Part shown: positions 29,342 to 40,896 of the stretch, one piece after another
Layout of the letters: each line of letters opens with the position of its first letter
Numbering within the stretch: position 1 is the first letter of the stretch
Source of the DNA: Niabella sp.
GTDB lineage: Bacteria; Bacteroidota; Bacteroidia; Chitinophagales; Chitinophagaceae
Assembly: GCA_039811305.1 (NCBI GenBank)
Contig: JBDHYK010000001.1
Coordinates: 1-40,980 of the forward strand
Reading direction: 5' to 3'
DNA: 40,980 bases
Notes under the pieces: model-generated
What the model was told of the DNA's origin: nothing
The model's input: the letters and a program-made list of their open reading frames with translations, nothing else
Database searches by the model: none
Translations under genes and position numbers: made by a program

Positions 29342-29483
29342 TTATCCACAATTAAAAAATGTCTGAAAGTCAATACCAGATTGAGTTTTAAAGGATTTTG
29401 TTTGATTTTTGCACAAATAAATGTGCATAGCATATAAATCATTGTGCATAAACTGTTGATAAGATTGCTTAAACTGTGAATAG
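29342..29483. promoter_or_regulatory. Cluster of DnaA boxes
   Basis: TTATCCACA 29342-29350 (+), TTTTGCACA 29407-29415 (+); on minus CTATGCACA 29422-29430, TTATGCACA 29443-29451, TTATCAACA 29454-29462, CTATTCACA 29475-29483. Confidence 0.7.
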
Positions 29484-29520
29484 AAACAAAAACAACCTTT
29501 TATTGAAAAGTTCTCCGTGT

Positions 29521-30756
29521 ATGGATCCCAGGAAAATTTCTATCAATCATTTCGCGTATCATCTACCCGATGATAGGATTGCGCTTCGTCCCCTTCCAGA
29601 ACGAGACGCATCGAAACTATTGGTATATAAAGAAGGAAAAATAATAGATAGCCACTTCAATAAAATAGATCATTTTATCCCCGAAGGTTCTTTATTCGTG
29701 TTCAACAATACAAAAGTGGTAGAGGCTCGTCTGCTTTTTCAAAAACCTTCAGGCGGGCTAATCGAGATATTTTGCCTTTCTCCACACGAAGAATACCCTG
29801 ATATTACGCACGCAATGAACCAAACCCAATCTGTAAAATGGCTCTGTTTTATAGGTGGTGCTTCCAAGTGGAAAAAGGGTGTTGTGCTGGAAATGCCACT
29901 TGTTATTGATGAGAAAAAACTGCTTTTGAAAGCCACGTATCTTGAAAAAAGAAAGGATTGTTTTGTGATTGGTTTAGATTGGGGGGATACCTCGGTAAGT
30001 TTTTCGGAACTGTTGCACCATGCGGGCAAAATACCCTTACCGCCTTATATTAAAAGAGAACTGGAACCAGAAGATGCTGAACGGTATCAAACCACTTATT
30101 CCCGGTGGGATGGGTCGGTAGCTGCCCCTACAGCGGGGCTGCACTTTACACAGGACAGCTTTCAACGGTTGTCGGGGAAAAACATTAGTCGCGAGTTTGT
30201 AACCCTACACGTGGGTGCGGGCACGTTCAAACCGGTACATTCTAAAACAATGGAAGGCCACGACATGCATGCCGAGGCCTTTGAGCTGAGCCTTAGCTTT
30301 CTTAAAACCCTGATAAACAATATTGGAAAGCCAATAATTGCAGTAGGCACTACTACTTTACGAACCCTGGAAACTTTGCATTGGATGGGGGTGAAACTGC
30401 TACGTAATCCTACCGTATATGACAATGCCCTGCCTTCTATTACCCAGTGGGAAGCTTATAATTTAGCCACCTCCCAAGTTGAAGTAAAGGACAGTTTGCA
30501 GGCTCTTTCGGACTTTTTGGAGAAAAAGCAGCAGCAGCACTTTGTAGCTAAAACTCAAATCTTAATTGTACCGGGATACCGGTTTAAGATTGTAAATGCA
30601 CTTGTTACCAATTTTCACCAGCCTGCTTCAACACTTTTACTATTAGTGGCGGCTTTTATAGGAGCCCGTTGGGAACAGGTCTATCAATATGCACTCGAAA
30701 ACGAGTATCGGTTTTTAAGTTATGGAGATAGCAGTTTGTTATGGGCCGAAGACTAA
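29521..30756 (+). CDS. queA: S-adenosylmethionine:tRNA ribosyltransferase-isomerase
   Basis: RDASKLL, PLPPYIKR, RYQT, GSVAAPTAGLHF, TLHVGAGTF, TNFHQP, YRFLSYGD; ATG 29521. Confidence 0.96.
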   Translation: MDPRKISINHFAYHLPDDRIALRPLPERDASKLLVYKEGKIIDSHFNKIDHFIPEGSLFVFNNTKVVEARLLFQKPSGGLIEIFCLSPHEEYPDITHAMNQTQSVKWLCFIGGASKWKKGVVLEMPLVIDEKKLLLKATYLEKRKDCFVIGLDWGDTSVSFSELLHHAGKIPLPPYIKRELEPEDAERYQTTYSRWDGSVAAPTAGLHFTQDSFQRLSGKNISREFVTLHVGAGTFKPVHSKTMEGHDMHAEAFELSLSFLKTLINNIGKPIIAVGTTTLRTLETLHWMGVKLLRNPTVYDNALPSITQWEAYNLATSQVEVKDSLQALSDFLEKKQQQHFVAKTQILIVPGYRFKIVNALVTNFHQPASTLLLLVAAFIGARWEQVYQYALENEYRFLSYGDSSLLWAED

Positions 30757-30838
30757 GACCGATTGACTTCTGTGGCAGGATGCTTTCTTTTTAAAATAAA
30801 ATGAAAACCTGAAGCGGTTTTGCACCCGGTGCAAACTA

Positions 30839-32194
30839 TCAAACATCCAGTTTGGCCAAAGGAAATTCTAAAGTAAAAGTACTTCCTTTTCCAAGCGCAC
30901 TTTCTAATTTAATAGATCCATTATGGGTATGGGTTACCGATTTTACATAACTAAGTCCCAGCCCAAAGCCTTTTACATTGTGAAGATTGCCGGTATGGGC
31001 CCGGTAAAATTTTTCGAAAACCCGCTTCTGGCTGTCTTTACTCATCCCAATTCCGTTGTCCTCAAATTTTATAATCAATCTTCCGTTGTGATTCTGAGTG
31101 GAAATTTTTAACCGTACCGGAACATTTTCTTTTGAGTATTTAACGCCATTGTCAATAAGGTTATTAACCAGGTTGGCAAAATGCACCTCATCTGCCCCTA
31201 TTACATCATCCTTGGCAGCTAAGTTCAGCTCTGCTTTTCCGTTCTTTTCGGAAAGCTGTAAGGAGAATTTATCCACCACAGTATGTATAATCTGATGAAC
31301 AGAAAGTGGCGTTAATTCTATATCTACCTCATTTTTATCGTATTGCGAAGCCTTCAGGATGGTTTCAACCTGTTTATTCATCCGTTGGTTTTCCTCTTTA
31401 ATAATGCCACTGAAATAGTTAAGTTTTTCCGGGCTACTCAGCACTTTTTGATTTTTTAACGCATCCACAGCCAGCGAAATGGTAGCAATGGGTGTTTTAA
31501 ACTCATGCGTCATATTGTTGATAAAATCGTTTTTTATATCACTCAGCTTTTTTTGTCGCAACATGGTGTAAACGGTTAGGTAAAATGCGGTAACAATTAC
31601 CAGGGTAAATAAAAATACCAAAACGATGTTCAACGTGAGGGAGCGTAGAACAAATCTTTTCCAGTCTTTCACCACCAAAAAAAGTGCTTCATCACTGGAG
31701 AGGCTTTCCGATGGAGAGCTACTTGGCGACAGGATCACAACCGGCCGGGTGTAATTGTTCAGCGTATCCGTCTGTTCCTCCATAAAACGAGCGGATTGTT
31801 TTTCAATGGTAATCATGGAGCTGTTCCCCAACGATCCTATTACCATGGCGTACTCAAATTGCAGCTCCTGCAGCCCGGCATTATTAAAAGCTTTTTGAAT
31901 CCGGTCATTTATGTCGGCAGAACTCAATTTAGAGCCAATCGTATTTAACCTCAACACGTCATGGTAGGTACGATGTTGAAACAACCCAAAAGGGTCATTA
32001 TCCTGCACCGTATTGTACTGCGCTTTTAGTTGAGTCAGTTCATTACCCACTGTATTCAATACGCCTTCTATCTTTTGTTTCACCTGATCTTCACGCAGGG
32101 CTATATTATTCTTAATCCAGGATACCTGAAGAAGGATTAAGCCAATCAACGATAAGCTGATAAAGACAGAAATTAAAGAAAACAGTTTTTTCAC
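30839..32194 (-). CDS. Membrane sensor histidine kinase (RprX/PhoR-like)
   Basis: Two TMs, DFINNMTHEFKTP H-box, NLIDNGVKYS, DNGIG, FEKFYR, GFGLGLSYV. Confidence 0.93.
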   Translation of the reverse strand: MKKLFSLISVFISLSLIGLILLQVSWIKNNIALREDQVKQKIEGVLNTVGNELTQLKAQYNTVQDNDPFGLFQHRTYHDVLRLNTIGSKLSSADINDRIQKAFNNAGLQELQFEYAMVIGSLGNSSMITIEKQSARFMEEQTDTLNNYTRPVVILSPSSSPSESLSSDEALFLVVKDWKRFVLRSLTLNIVLVFLFTLVIVTAFYLTVYTMLRQKKLSDIKNDFINNMTHEFKTPIATISLAVDALKNQKVLSSPEKLNYFSGIIKEENQRMNKQVETILKASQYDKNEVDIELTPLSVHQIIHTVVDKFSLQLSEKNGKAELNLAAKDDVIGADEVHFANLVNNLIDNGVKYSKENVPVRLKISTQNHNGRLIIKFEDNGIGMSKDSQKRVFEKFYRAHTGNLHNVKGFGLGLSYVKSVTHTHNGSIKLESALGKGSTFTLEFPLAKLDV

Positions 32195-32337
32195 CTCAAA
32201 AAATATTCAGGCAAATATAGCAATACCGCCATTTTAGTATTAAAATAACGTCAATTTAAACTGAAGTTTTTGATAGATTTTGTAAATTTACAGCTTTGAT
32301 AAGCTTTTTGATTAAAATTTTGCAAAAATCCGATACC

Positions 32338-32889
32338 ATGTTTGACCCATCCGCCGGTAGATTATTAATAGCCAACCCTCATTTAAACGATCCCAATTTT
32401 CTTCGATCGGTTGTTTTTTTGTGCGAACACGATACAAACGGAACGCTGGGTTTTGTGCTGAACCGAAAAACAGCCTATACGGTAGAGGAACTGGCTCCAG
32501 AACTCGTAAACATAAAACTCCCGGTTTACGAAGGCGGCCCTGTCGGCCTCAATACGCTGCATTTTTTACACCAGTTCCCCGATGCAATTGCCGATAGCAA
32601 AAAAGTTACAGACAATATTTACTGGGGTGGCGATTTTGACCAAATGGCAGCACTTCTCAATTCGGGTACCCTTGATACTGAAAAAATAAAATTCTTTTTG
32701 GGATACAGTGGCTGGGACAGCGGCCAATTAGCCTACGAAATGGAAGAAAAAACCTGGATTGTAGCCCTGGCGCAAAAAAAATTCGTATTTCATAACCATC
32801 CCGATCAACTATGGAAAGACGTTCTTAAAGATATGGGCGGTGAATATGCACTTATTCTAAATGCTCCCATCAACCCACAATTGAACTAA
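32338..32889 (+). CDS. YqgE/AlgH family protein
   Basis: LLIA.P...DPNF.RSVV, GGPV, FFLGYSGW..GQL..E, P.LN end; ATG 32338. Confidence 0.9.
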   Translation: MFDPSAGRLLIANPHLNDPNFLRSVVFLCEHDTNGTLGFVLNRKTAYTVEELAPELVNIKLPVYEGGPVGLNTLHFLHQFPDAIADSKKVTDNIYWGGDFDQMAALLNSGTLDTEKIKFFLGYSGWDSGQLAYEMEEKTWIVALAQKKFVFHNHPDQLWKDVLKDMGGEYALILNAPINPQLN

Positions 32890-32964
32890 GCCTTGCAACT
32901 ACCTATAGGGTTATTCCCCTCATTATAAAACTAAACATTTGTAAAAAACAAAAATTATAGCAAC

Positions 32965-33705
32965 ATGAAAAAAATGATATTGGCAGGCCTGCTTGCTGTC
33001 TCAATGACGTTTTCTGGGTGTGATGTACTTAAAAGCGTAGGCTTAGGGCTTTCGGAGTATGAAATGATTGCAGCCCTTAAAGAAGCGCTTACACAGGGGC
33101 TCTTCAAGGGCTTCGACGCCTTTGCCAGTCCTAACCAGGGCAACCCTCTGGTACGTTTTGCATTCCCCGGCGAAGCAGCAAAAATTGAAAAGACGCTGAA
33201 AGATTTAGGACTTTCATCGCTAACGAACCAGGTTACCGCCAAGTTTACCGACGCTATGTCCTTAGCCGTTAAAGAAGCGCAACCTATTTTTGTAAACTCC
33301 ATTAAAAAAATGACCATCCGGGATGCCGCAAATATTCTATTAACAGATAATAAACATGCTGCTACCCAGTTTTTTAAAGCAGCCATGAGCCCCGAGTTAA
33401 TGACTGCCTTTCTCCCCATTGTGGACAGCACTGTTCGAACCACCGGTGCAGGAAAGGAATATGCCTCCATTGTAAAAACATACAATGCCCTACCGTTTTT
33501 AGACAAAAAATTAGAACCCAACCTAAACCAGTTTATTGCCGGAAGAGCCATTGACGCGATGTTTCTTTATGTGGGTAGTGAAGAAGAAAATATTCGCGAA
33601 AAAATAGAATTCCGTAAAACAGATTTGCTCCGGCGGGCTTTTGGCTATGCAGACCAATATATGAAAGAAAAAACAGGTGTAAGCCCTGGTTTTGGAACCC
33701 GATAA
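32965..33705 (+). CDS. DUF4197-like lipoprotein
   Basis: FSGC lipobox; ALKEALTQG, PIFVNSIKKMTIRDA, ATQFF, EEENIR. Confidence 0.78.
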   Translation: MKKMILAGLLAVSMTFSGCDVLKSVGLGLSEYEMIAALKEALTQGLFKGFDAFASPNQGNPLVRFAFPGEAAKIEKTLKDLGLSSLTNQVTAKFTDAMSLAVKEAQPIFVNSIKKMTIRDAANILLTDNKHAATQFFKAAMSPELMTAFLPIVDSTVRTTGAGKEYASIVKTYNALPFLDKKLEPNLNQFIAGRAIDAMFLYVGSEEENIREKIEFRKTDLLRRAFGYADQYMKEKTGVSPGFGTR

Positions 33706-33719
33706 AATAATTTGTTTTC

Positions 33720-33752
33720 ATCCGTGCCAGCTATTTTTGACACGGATTTTTT
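33720..33752 (+). terminator. Intrinsic terminator after the DUF4197-like gene
   Basis: ATCCGTG...CACGGAT stem followed by TTTTT. Confidence 0.55.
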
Positions 33753-33868
33753 GAAATTACTGAAAAAGTGCAAAAATCCGGTTACTGAAAAGGCCAACAA
33801 TCGGGCTGATTGGTTCATTCAGCGGATTTTTACCTATTTTCCGGTATCTCTTTAAATAATAACCCCGG

Positions 33869-35080
33869 ATGACCCCTACCCGAAAAATAATTAACGACCC
33901 TGTATATGGTTTTATCACCATTGACCACCCATTATTACTAAGAATTATTGCACATCGTCATTATCAAAGACTTCGAAACATTCATCAGATGGCTTTTGCC
34001 CACCTGGTCTATCCCGGGGCTGTCCACAGCCGCTTGCACCATTCGTTGGGAGCTTACCATTTAATGTGCAACGCCCTGGCCGAGCTAAAGAGCAAGGGAG
34101 TGGCTATAAGCTTTGAGGAAGAACTGGGCGCCAAAATTGCCATTCTTTTGCACGATATGGGTCATGGACCATTTTCCCATGCCTTAGAACACGAATTAAT
34201 TCAGGGCGTACACCACGAAGCATTATCCTTGCTGATCATGCAAAAACTCAATACAGAGATGGATCAGCAACTGCACACAGCCATTGAAATATTTACAGGT
34301 GCCCATCCCAAAAAATTTTTGCACCAATTGGTTTCTGGTCAGTTAGACGTGGATCGCATGGACTACCTCAACCGCGACAGCTTTTTTACCGGTGTAGCCG
34401 AAGGAGTTATTGGTTACGACAGAATCATCAAGATGTTGGACGTACATGACGGTAATTTAGTAGTAGAAGAAAAGGCGATCTACTCGATAGAAAAATTTCT
34501 GTTGAGCCGCCGGCTGATGTATTGGCAGGTTTACCTGCACAAAACCGTGGTGGCAGCCGAGAAAATGCTGATCATGATTATAAGAAGGGCAAAAGAACTG
34601 ATTGCCAAAGGTGAAACTATCGCAGGGGCCACACCCGCGCTTCACATGTTTTTGCATCAGCCAAATATCGTTATTGGCAAAAATCTGGATGCTTTTTGCA
34701 GTATGGACGATCACGATGTGATGACAACTATAAAGAACTGGTGCCAACATCCCGATAAAGTATTATCTTTTTTGTGCAACGCCTTAGTCGAAAGAAAAAT
34801 AATGCACGTGAAATTGCAATCCGACCCTTTTGCAAAGTCATTTCTATTAAACACACGTAGGAAAACTGCCAAAAAAATGGGGGTCAGCGAACAAGATGCC
34901 CAATATTATACATTTTGGGGCGAGGCTGTCAATACGCTATACAACACCCGGGACGAAAATATTACGATTCTGTACAAAGATGGCAGTCTGAAAGATATTT
35001 CACAGGTGGACAACGCATTAATCGCTCCCGAGTTGAGTATGCGGGTTAAAAAATATTACTTTTGTAATGTAAGATTTTAA
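33869..35080 (+). CDS. HD-domain phosphohydrolase (dNTP triphosphohydrolase/SAMHD1-like fold)
   Basis: DPVYG, QRLR.I.Q, HSRLHHSLG, LLHDMGHGPFSH, DVDRMDYL.RD. Confidence 0.9.
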   Translation: MTPTRKIINDPVYGFITIDHPLLLRIIAHRHYQRLRNIHQMAFAHLVYPGAVHSRLHHSLGAYHLMCNALAELKSKGVAISFEEELGAKIAILLHDMGHGPFSHALEHELIQGVHHEALSLLIMQKLNTEMDQQLHTAIEIFTGAHPKKFLHQLVSGQLDVDRMDYLNRDSFFTGVAEGVIGYDRIIKMLDVHDGNLVVEEKAIYSIEKFLLSRRLMYWQVYLHKTVVAAEKMLIMIIRRAKELIAKGETIAGATPALHMFLHQPNIVIGKNLDAFCSMDDHDVMTTIKNWCQHPDKVLSFLCNALVERKIMHVKLQSDPFAKSFLLNTRRKTAKKMGVSEQDAQYYTFWGEAVNTLYNTRDENITILYKDGSLKDISQVDNALIAPELSMRVKKYYFCNVRF

Positions 35081-35193
35081 TTGAATCGGCGTTTTAAATT
35101 GCAGAGGTGGGCATTGAAGCCGCCGGGAAGTGCGAAACACGCTGCTCGTATGCTTTTAAAATCTGACTAAATCAATTATTATAAAACTAATTT

Positions 35194-36225
35194 ATGGTAT
35201 TTTCTGCTTCGCAAATTGCGCTTATCATTTCAGGAAAAATTGAAGGCGATGCCCACGCTTCTGTAACCTCGTTTGGAAAAATTGAAGAGGCACAGGCAGG
35301 GCAATTGAGCTTTTTGTCTAACCCTAAGTACGAGGAGTATTTGTACCATACCGCTGCCAGTATTGTAATTATTGGAGAAGCTTATGAACTGAAAAAGCCG
35401 GTTCGTACTACGCTTATCCGGGTAAAAGACGCCTATTTTGCGTTTGCCACACTCTTAGCTAAATACCAGGAAATGCAAGAACAACAGTTAAAAGGCCTGC
35501 AAGAACCCTGCTATATTTCAAAAACTGCCGTTTTGGGTCAGGATATTTTTATCGGAGCCTTCGCTTATTTGGGCGAAAACGTAAAAATCGGGGACCATAC
35601 CAAGATTTATCCGGGAGTTTTTTTAGGCGATGGCGTTCAGATTGGCGATAATACCACCTTATATGCCGGTGTAAAAATCATGCACCAATGTGTAATTGGT
35701 AATCATGTAAGCATACATGCTGGCACCGTGATCGGCAGTGATGGCTTTGGGTTTGCACCACAAGCAGATGGTAGTTTTGCCAAGGTCCCTCAAATAGGGA
35801 ACGTAATTGTGGAAGACGATGTAGAAATTGGAGCCAACACAACTATTGACCGGGCTACAATTGGGTCAACAATTATAAAAAAGGGTGCTAAGCTCGACAA
35901 CCTAATCCAGATCGCTCATAATGTGGAAATTGGCAGTAGTACCGTAGTAGCCGCACAGGCAGGCATTAGCGGAAGCACAAAGGTAGGGAAGGGTGTAATG
36001 GTAGGCGGCCAGGTTGGTATCGTAGGCCACATCAATATTGGCGATGGTGCAAAAATAAACGCCCAAAGTGGGGTAAGCAAAAGCATGAAGCCCGGCCAGG
36101 CAGTTACAGGCTCTCCCGCTTATGATTACACCGGTGCATTGAGAAGTCAGGCTTTAACCCGTAAACTTCCCGAATTGGAACAACGCATCCAACAATTAGA
36201 AAAACTAATACAAGAACTTCAATAA
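35194..36225 (+). CDS. lpxD: UDP-3-O-acylglucosamine N-acyltransferase
   Basis: Hexapeptide repeats, [29 protein letters not shown]. Confidence 0.96.
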   Translation: MVFSASQIALIISGKIEGDAHASVTSFGKIEEAQAGQLSFLSNPKYEEYLYHTAASIVIIGEAYELKKPVRTTLIRVKDAYFAFATLLAKYQEMQEQQLKGLQEPCYISKTAVLGQDIFIGAFAYLGENVKIGDHTKIYPGVFLGDGVQIGDNTTLYAGVKIMHQCVIGNHVSIHAGTVIGSDGFGFAPQADGSFAKVPQIGNVIVEDDVEIGANTTIDRATIGSTIIKKGAKLDNLIQIAHNVEIGSSTVVAAQAGISGSTKVGKGVMVGGQVGIVGHINIGDGAKINAQSGVSKSMKPGQAVTGSPAYDYTGALRSQALTRKLPELEQRIQQLEKLIQELQ

Positions 36226-36347
36226 CAAGCAGTTCTTCTTCCAAAGGCATAAAAACAATCGAATTAAAGCAGAAATACCGGAGCGCGAACCGGTTTTTCC
36301 TTTAAAATCAAATATATTTGCCGCATAATTGGCAAAAAATCAACAAC

Positions 36348-37748
36348 ATGTTCAATCCCGACAAGCAACATACTTTAAAACAAGCTGTTAGCATTAGTGG
36401 CACAGGCCTTCACACCGGAATTTTAGCAGAGCTTACCCTCCAGCCGGCCGAGGTCAATTCCGGGTTCCAGTTTCAACGTGTGGATTTGCCCAACCAACCT
36501 TTGATAAAAGCAGACTGCGACCTGGTTACAGATACCAGCAGGGGTACCACCTTACAAGCAAACGGTGCAACCATCAGCACTGTGGAGCATGTATTAGCGG
36601 CCCTGGTAGGAACCGGTGTGGACAACTGCATCATTCAGGTGAGTGGACCTGAAATCCCAATTGTTGATGGTAGTTCGATGCCTTTTGTAGAAATTATTGA
36701 AAAAGCGGGGATGGTAGAGCAGGATGCTGAAAAAACATGGTACACATTAGAGGAAAATCTGCACCTTACCAATGAGGAAAAAAGAGTGGAAATGGTGATG
36801 CTTCCGGCAGCAGAATACCAAATTACAGCCCTAATTGATTTCAACTCCCTGGTTTTAGGCACCCAGCACGCCGAACTGAAAACCTTACAAGATTTTAAAG
36901 AAAACATCGCCAGCAGCCGCACATTTTCCTTTTTGCACGAATTAGAGATGCTTCTGGATCACAACCTTATCAAAGGTGGCGACATCAACAACGCCATTGT
37001 TGTGGTAGATAAGCCCGTAAGCGATGAGGAGCTAGAACGGTTGAAAAAAGTATTCAAAAAAGATAATATCGAAGTAAAAAGTGAAGGATACCTGAATAAC
37101 CTGGAACTACGCCACCCCAACGAACCTGCCCGCCATAAGTTATTGGATATAGTTGGCGATTTAGCATTATCTGGCTATGCCGTAAAGGGAAAGGTGTTGG
37201 CCAGCCGGCCGGGTCATAGTACCAATGTGGAGTTTGCCCGTCTTATCAAAAAGCACATCAAAGCCAATCGGGCAGCCCTGGCCGTTCCAAAATACGATGC
37301 AAATAGTACACCCGTTTACAGTCTTGAAGACATAGAAAAGACCCTGCCACATAGATTTCCTTTTTTATTGGTTGATAAAATAATTGAACTTACCGATAAA
37401 CAAATAGTGGGTATAAAAAATGTAACTTTTAACGAGTGGTTCTTCCAGGGGCACTTTCCACAAAACCCCGTTATGCCCGGCGTATTACAAATAGAAGCTC
37501 TTGCGCAATGCGGGGGCATTTTAGCCATTAATCTGGCCGGCGGCGGCGATTACAATACCTATTTCTTAAAAATTGACAACTGTAAGTTCAAACAAATGGT
37601 AAAGCCGGGCGACACTATGATTTTAAAAATGGAATTGGCGGCACCCATCCGCAGGGGTATTTGCGAAATGAAAGGTACGGTTTATGTAGCAGGCAAAATA
37701 GCAACTGAGGCCTATTTAGTGGCTCAGATCGTAAAACGACAAGCCTAA
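36348..37748 (+). CDS. lpxC: Bifunctional LpxC deacetylase / FabZ dehydratase
   Basis: GTGLHTG, TVEHVL, DGSS, HKLLD (LpxC); LPHRFPFLLVD, FQGHFP..PVMPGVL..EALAQ (FabZ). ATG 36348; TATATTTG at 36313-36320. Confidence 0.96.
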   Translation: MFNPDKQHTLKQAVSISGTGLHTGILAELTLQPAEVNSGFQFQRVDLPNQPLIKADCDLVTDTSRGTTLQANGATISTVEHVLAALVGTGVDNCIIQVSGPEIPIVDGSSMPFVEIIEKAGMVEQDAEKTWYTLEENLHLTNEEKRVEMVMLPAAEYQITALIDFNSLVLGTQHAELKTLQDFKENIASSRTFSFLHELEMLLDHNLIKGGDINNAIVVVDKPVSDEELERLKKVFKKDNIEVKSEGYLNNLELRHPNEPARHKLLDIVGDLALSGYAVKGKVLASRPGHSTNVEFARLIKKHIKANRAALAVPKYDANSTPVYSLEDIEKTLPHRFPFLLVDKIIELTDKQIVGIKNVTFNEWFFQGHFPQNPVMPGVLQIEALAQCGGILAINLAGGGDYNTYFLKIDNCKFKQMVKPGDTMILKMELAAPIRRGICEMKGTVYVAGKIATEAYLVAQIVKRQA

Positions 37749-38091
37749 TAATCAGTTTTTCAACTTTATTACAAGCAGGCAGCTTCGGTAGAGGCAAAAA
37801 CGGCTCACATTTATTTTGTGGAGACTAAGTAAATAAGTTTTACTTCGGTTGCGGGATTTTTGAAAACAACATCCAATCTCCACCCTTTGGGTAGTATTTT
37901 TTTTCAAAAAATCTTGTCCGCCACCAGCCCGTTCCTTCCTTTGTGGCCTAACACCAGGCAAGAGTCTTGTATAAATGGAATAGAAGTCCTCATCTGACTT
38001 ACAATTTCAAACCAACACAAAACGAAGCGTTCAGTTCTCCTTTTCTACCTACTTTTAATAGAAATTATTGAGAAAAAGTCGCTTTTTTTTG

Positions 38092-38099
38092 TATATTTG
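38092..38099 (+). promoter_or_regulatory. Bacteroidota -7 promoter element for gyrB
   Basis: TATATTTG with TTG about 21 nt upstream. Confidence 0.55.
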
Positions 38100-38125
38100 C
38101 CCGTTACGCATTTAACAAAAGATAA

Positions 38126-40126
<2,001 letters not shown>

Positions 40127-40159
40127 ATTTTTGAATATCAGTTACTTATAGGTGTTAAA

Positions 40160-40216
40160 AATAAAAACCCTTTATAAAGGGTCCGATGTTCAGGGCTACA
40201 AAAGGTTTTTTTTATT
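40160..40216 (+). terminator. Terminator-like nested inverted repeats after gyrB
   Basis: Perfect palindrome ACCCTTTATAAAGGGT (40167-40182); longer AATAAAAACCCTTT...AAAGGTTTTTTTTATT pairing ending in a T run. Confidence 0.5.
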
Positions 40217-40380
40217 CTATACGTTAGCCAGATAAATAGCTGTGCATATACCCAGGCTTGTAATTTTCGCCCTTGCTGGATAGGAGGTAGTGTCTGTTGG
40301 GAATCAGGCAATATTCTCCAGGGGACTTTTTATTTTTATGAAATTTTTATTACCGACAGGGGTGTAAGCCCTGGCCGTCT

Positions 40381-40693
40381 AAAATTACGGGCAGTAGTAG
40401 CGCTATAGCTCTTTAGTTTCAGTTGCGCTGAAAATCGTTTTAAGGCAGGTAGGTTAATGGGTGAAATAGCTATAAAAGCCTCTTTCCCATTATACTTAGA
40501 CCCCAAATTAAACAAGTTTCTATGCGGTAAGTTGTCCATTACCTGCCATTTTTTATTATTTTGCCCCGATAGGCTTTCACACTATTTTATGGGCTGAAAT
40601 AAGCTCAGCGTTATAGGGGAAAACCAACCAGAATCCATTTTTGCCATTAGGCTCTCCCGTTTTAAAAACAAACCGATCCAGTTTTAATTTTAT
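40381..40693 (-). pseudogene. Degenerate 5' fragment of an integron-integrase-like tyrosine recombinase
   Basis: Three frames join as IKLKLDRFVFKTGEPNGKNGFWLVFPYNAELISAHKI / VKAYR / GQNNKKWQVMDNLPHRNLFNLGSKYNGKEAFIAISPINLPALKRFSAQLKLKSYSATTARNF. LKLKSYSATT..NF resembles the first SAM-like helix of IntI-type recombinases. No ATG, two frameshifts, no catalytic domain. Confidence 0.6.
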
Positions 40694-40827
40694 GGGGCTC
40701 TCCGTATTTACGATATTCGTATTTTGTATTGCAATCCTCTGTATAAATACAAATAACGCACAATAGTACAGTTATTTTTGAGGCTAGCGCATTGAAAATA
40801 AGAAAGATTTGAACTTTTTTTATATTT

Positions 40828-40858
40828 TTTGTAGAATATCAAAACATGCGTATATTTG
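40828..40858 (+). promoter_or_regulatory. Canonical Bacteroidota promoter (-33 TTTG, 19 nt, -7 TATATTTG)
   Basis: TTTG 40828-40831 and TATATTTG 40851-40858. Confidence 0.6.
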
Positions 40859-40896
40859 AGAGTTAGCACTCACCCTAAAAGACGACACGACTAACT

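Noticed and set aside
33676-33689. 14-mer GGTGTAAGCCCTGG repeated at 40361-40374
   Set aside because: A few exact 14-mer matches are expected by chance in 41 kb, and one copy is inside coding sequence.
36348-37748. LpxC-FabZ fusion as a novelty
   Set aside because: Well known in Bacteroidota.
37752-37961. 69-aa minus ORF between lpxC-fabZ and gyrB
   Set aside because: No motif and no clear expression signals; not an lpxA remnant.
40863-40889. TTAGCACTC as a CIRCE (HrcA) operator
   Set aside because: Only the left half-site is present. After 9 nt the sequence is GACGACACG, not GAGTGCTAA.
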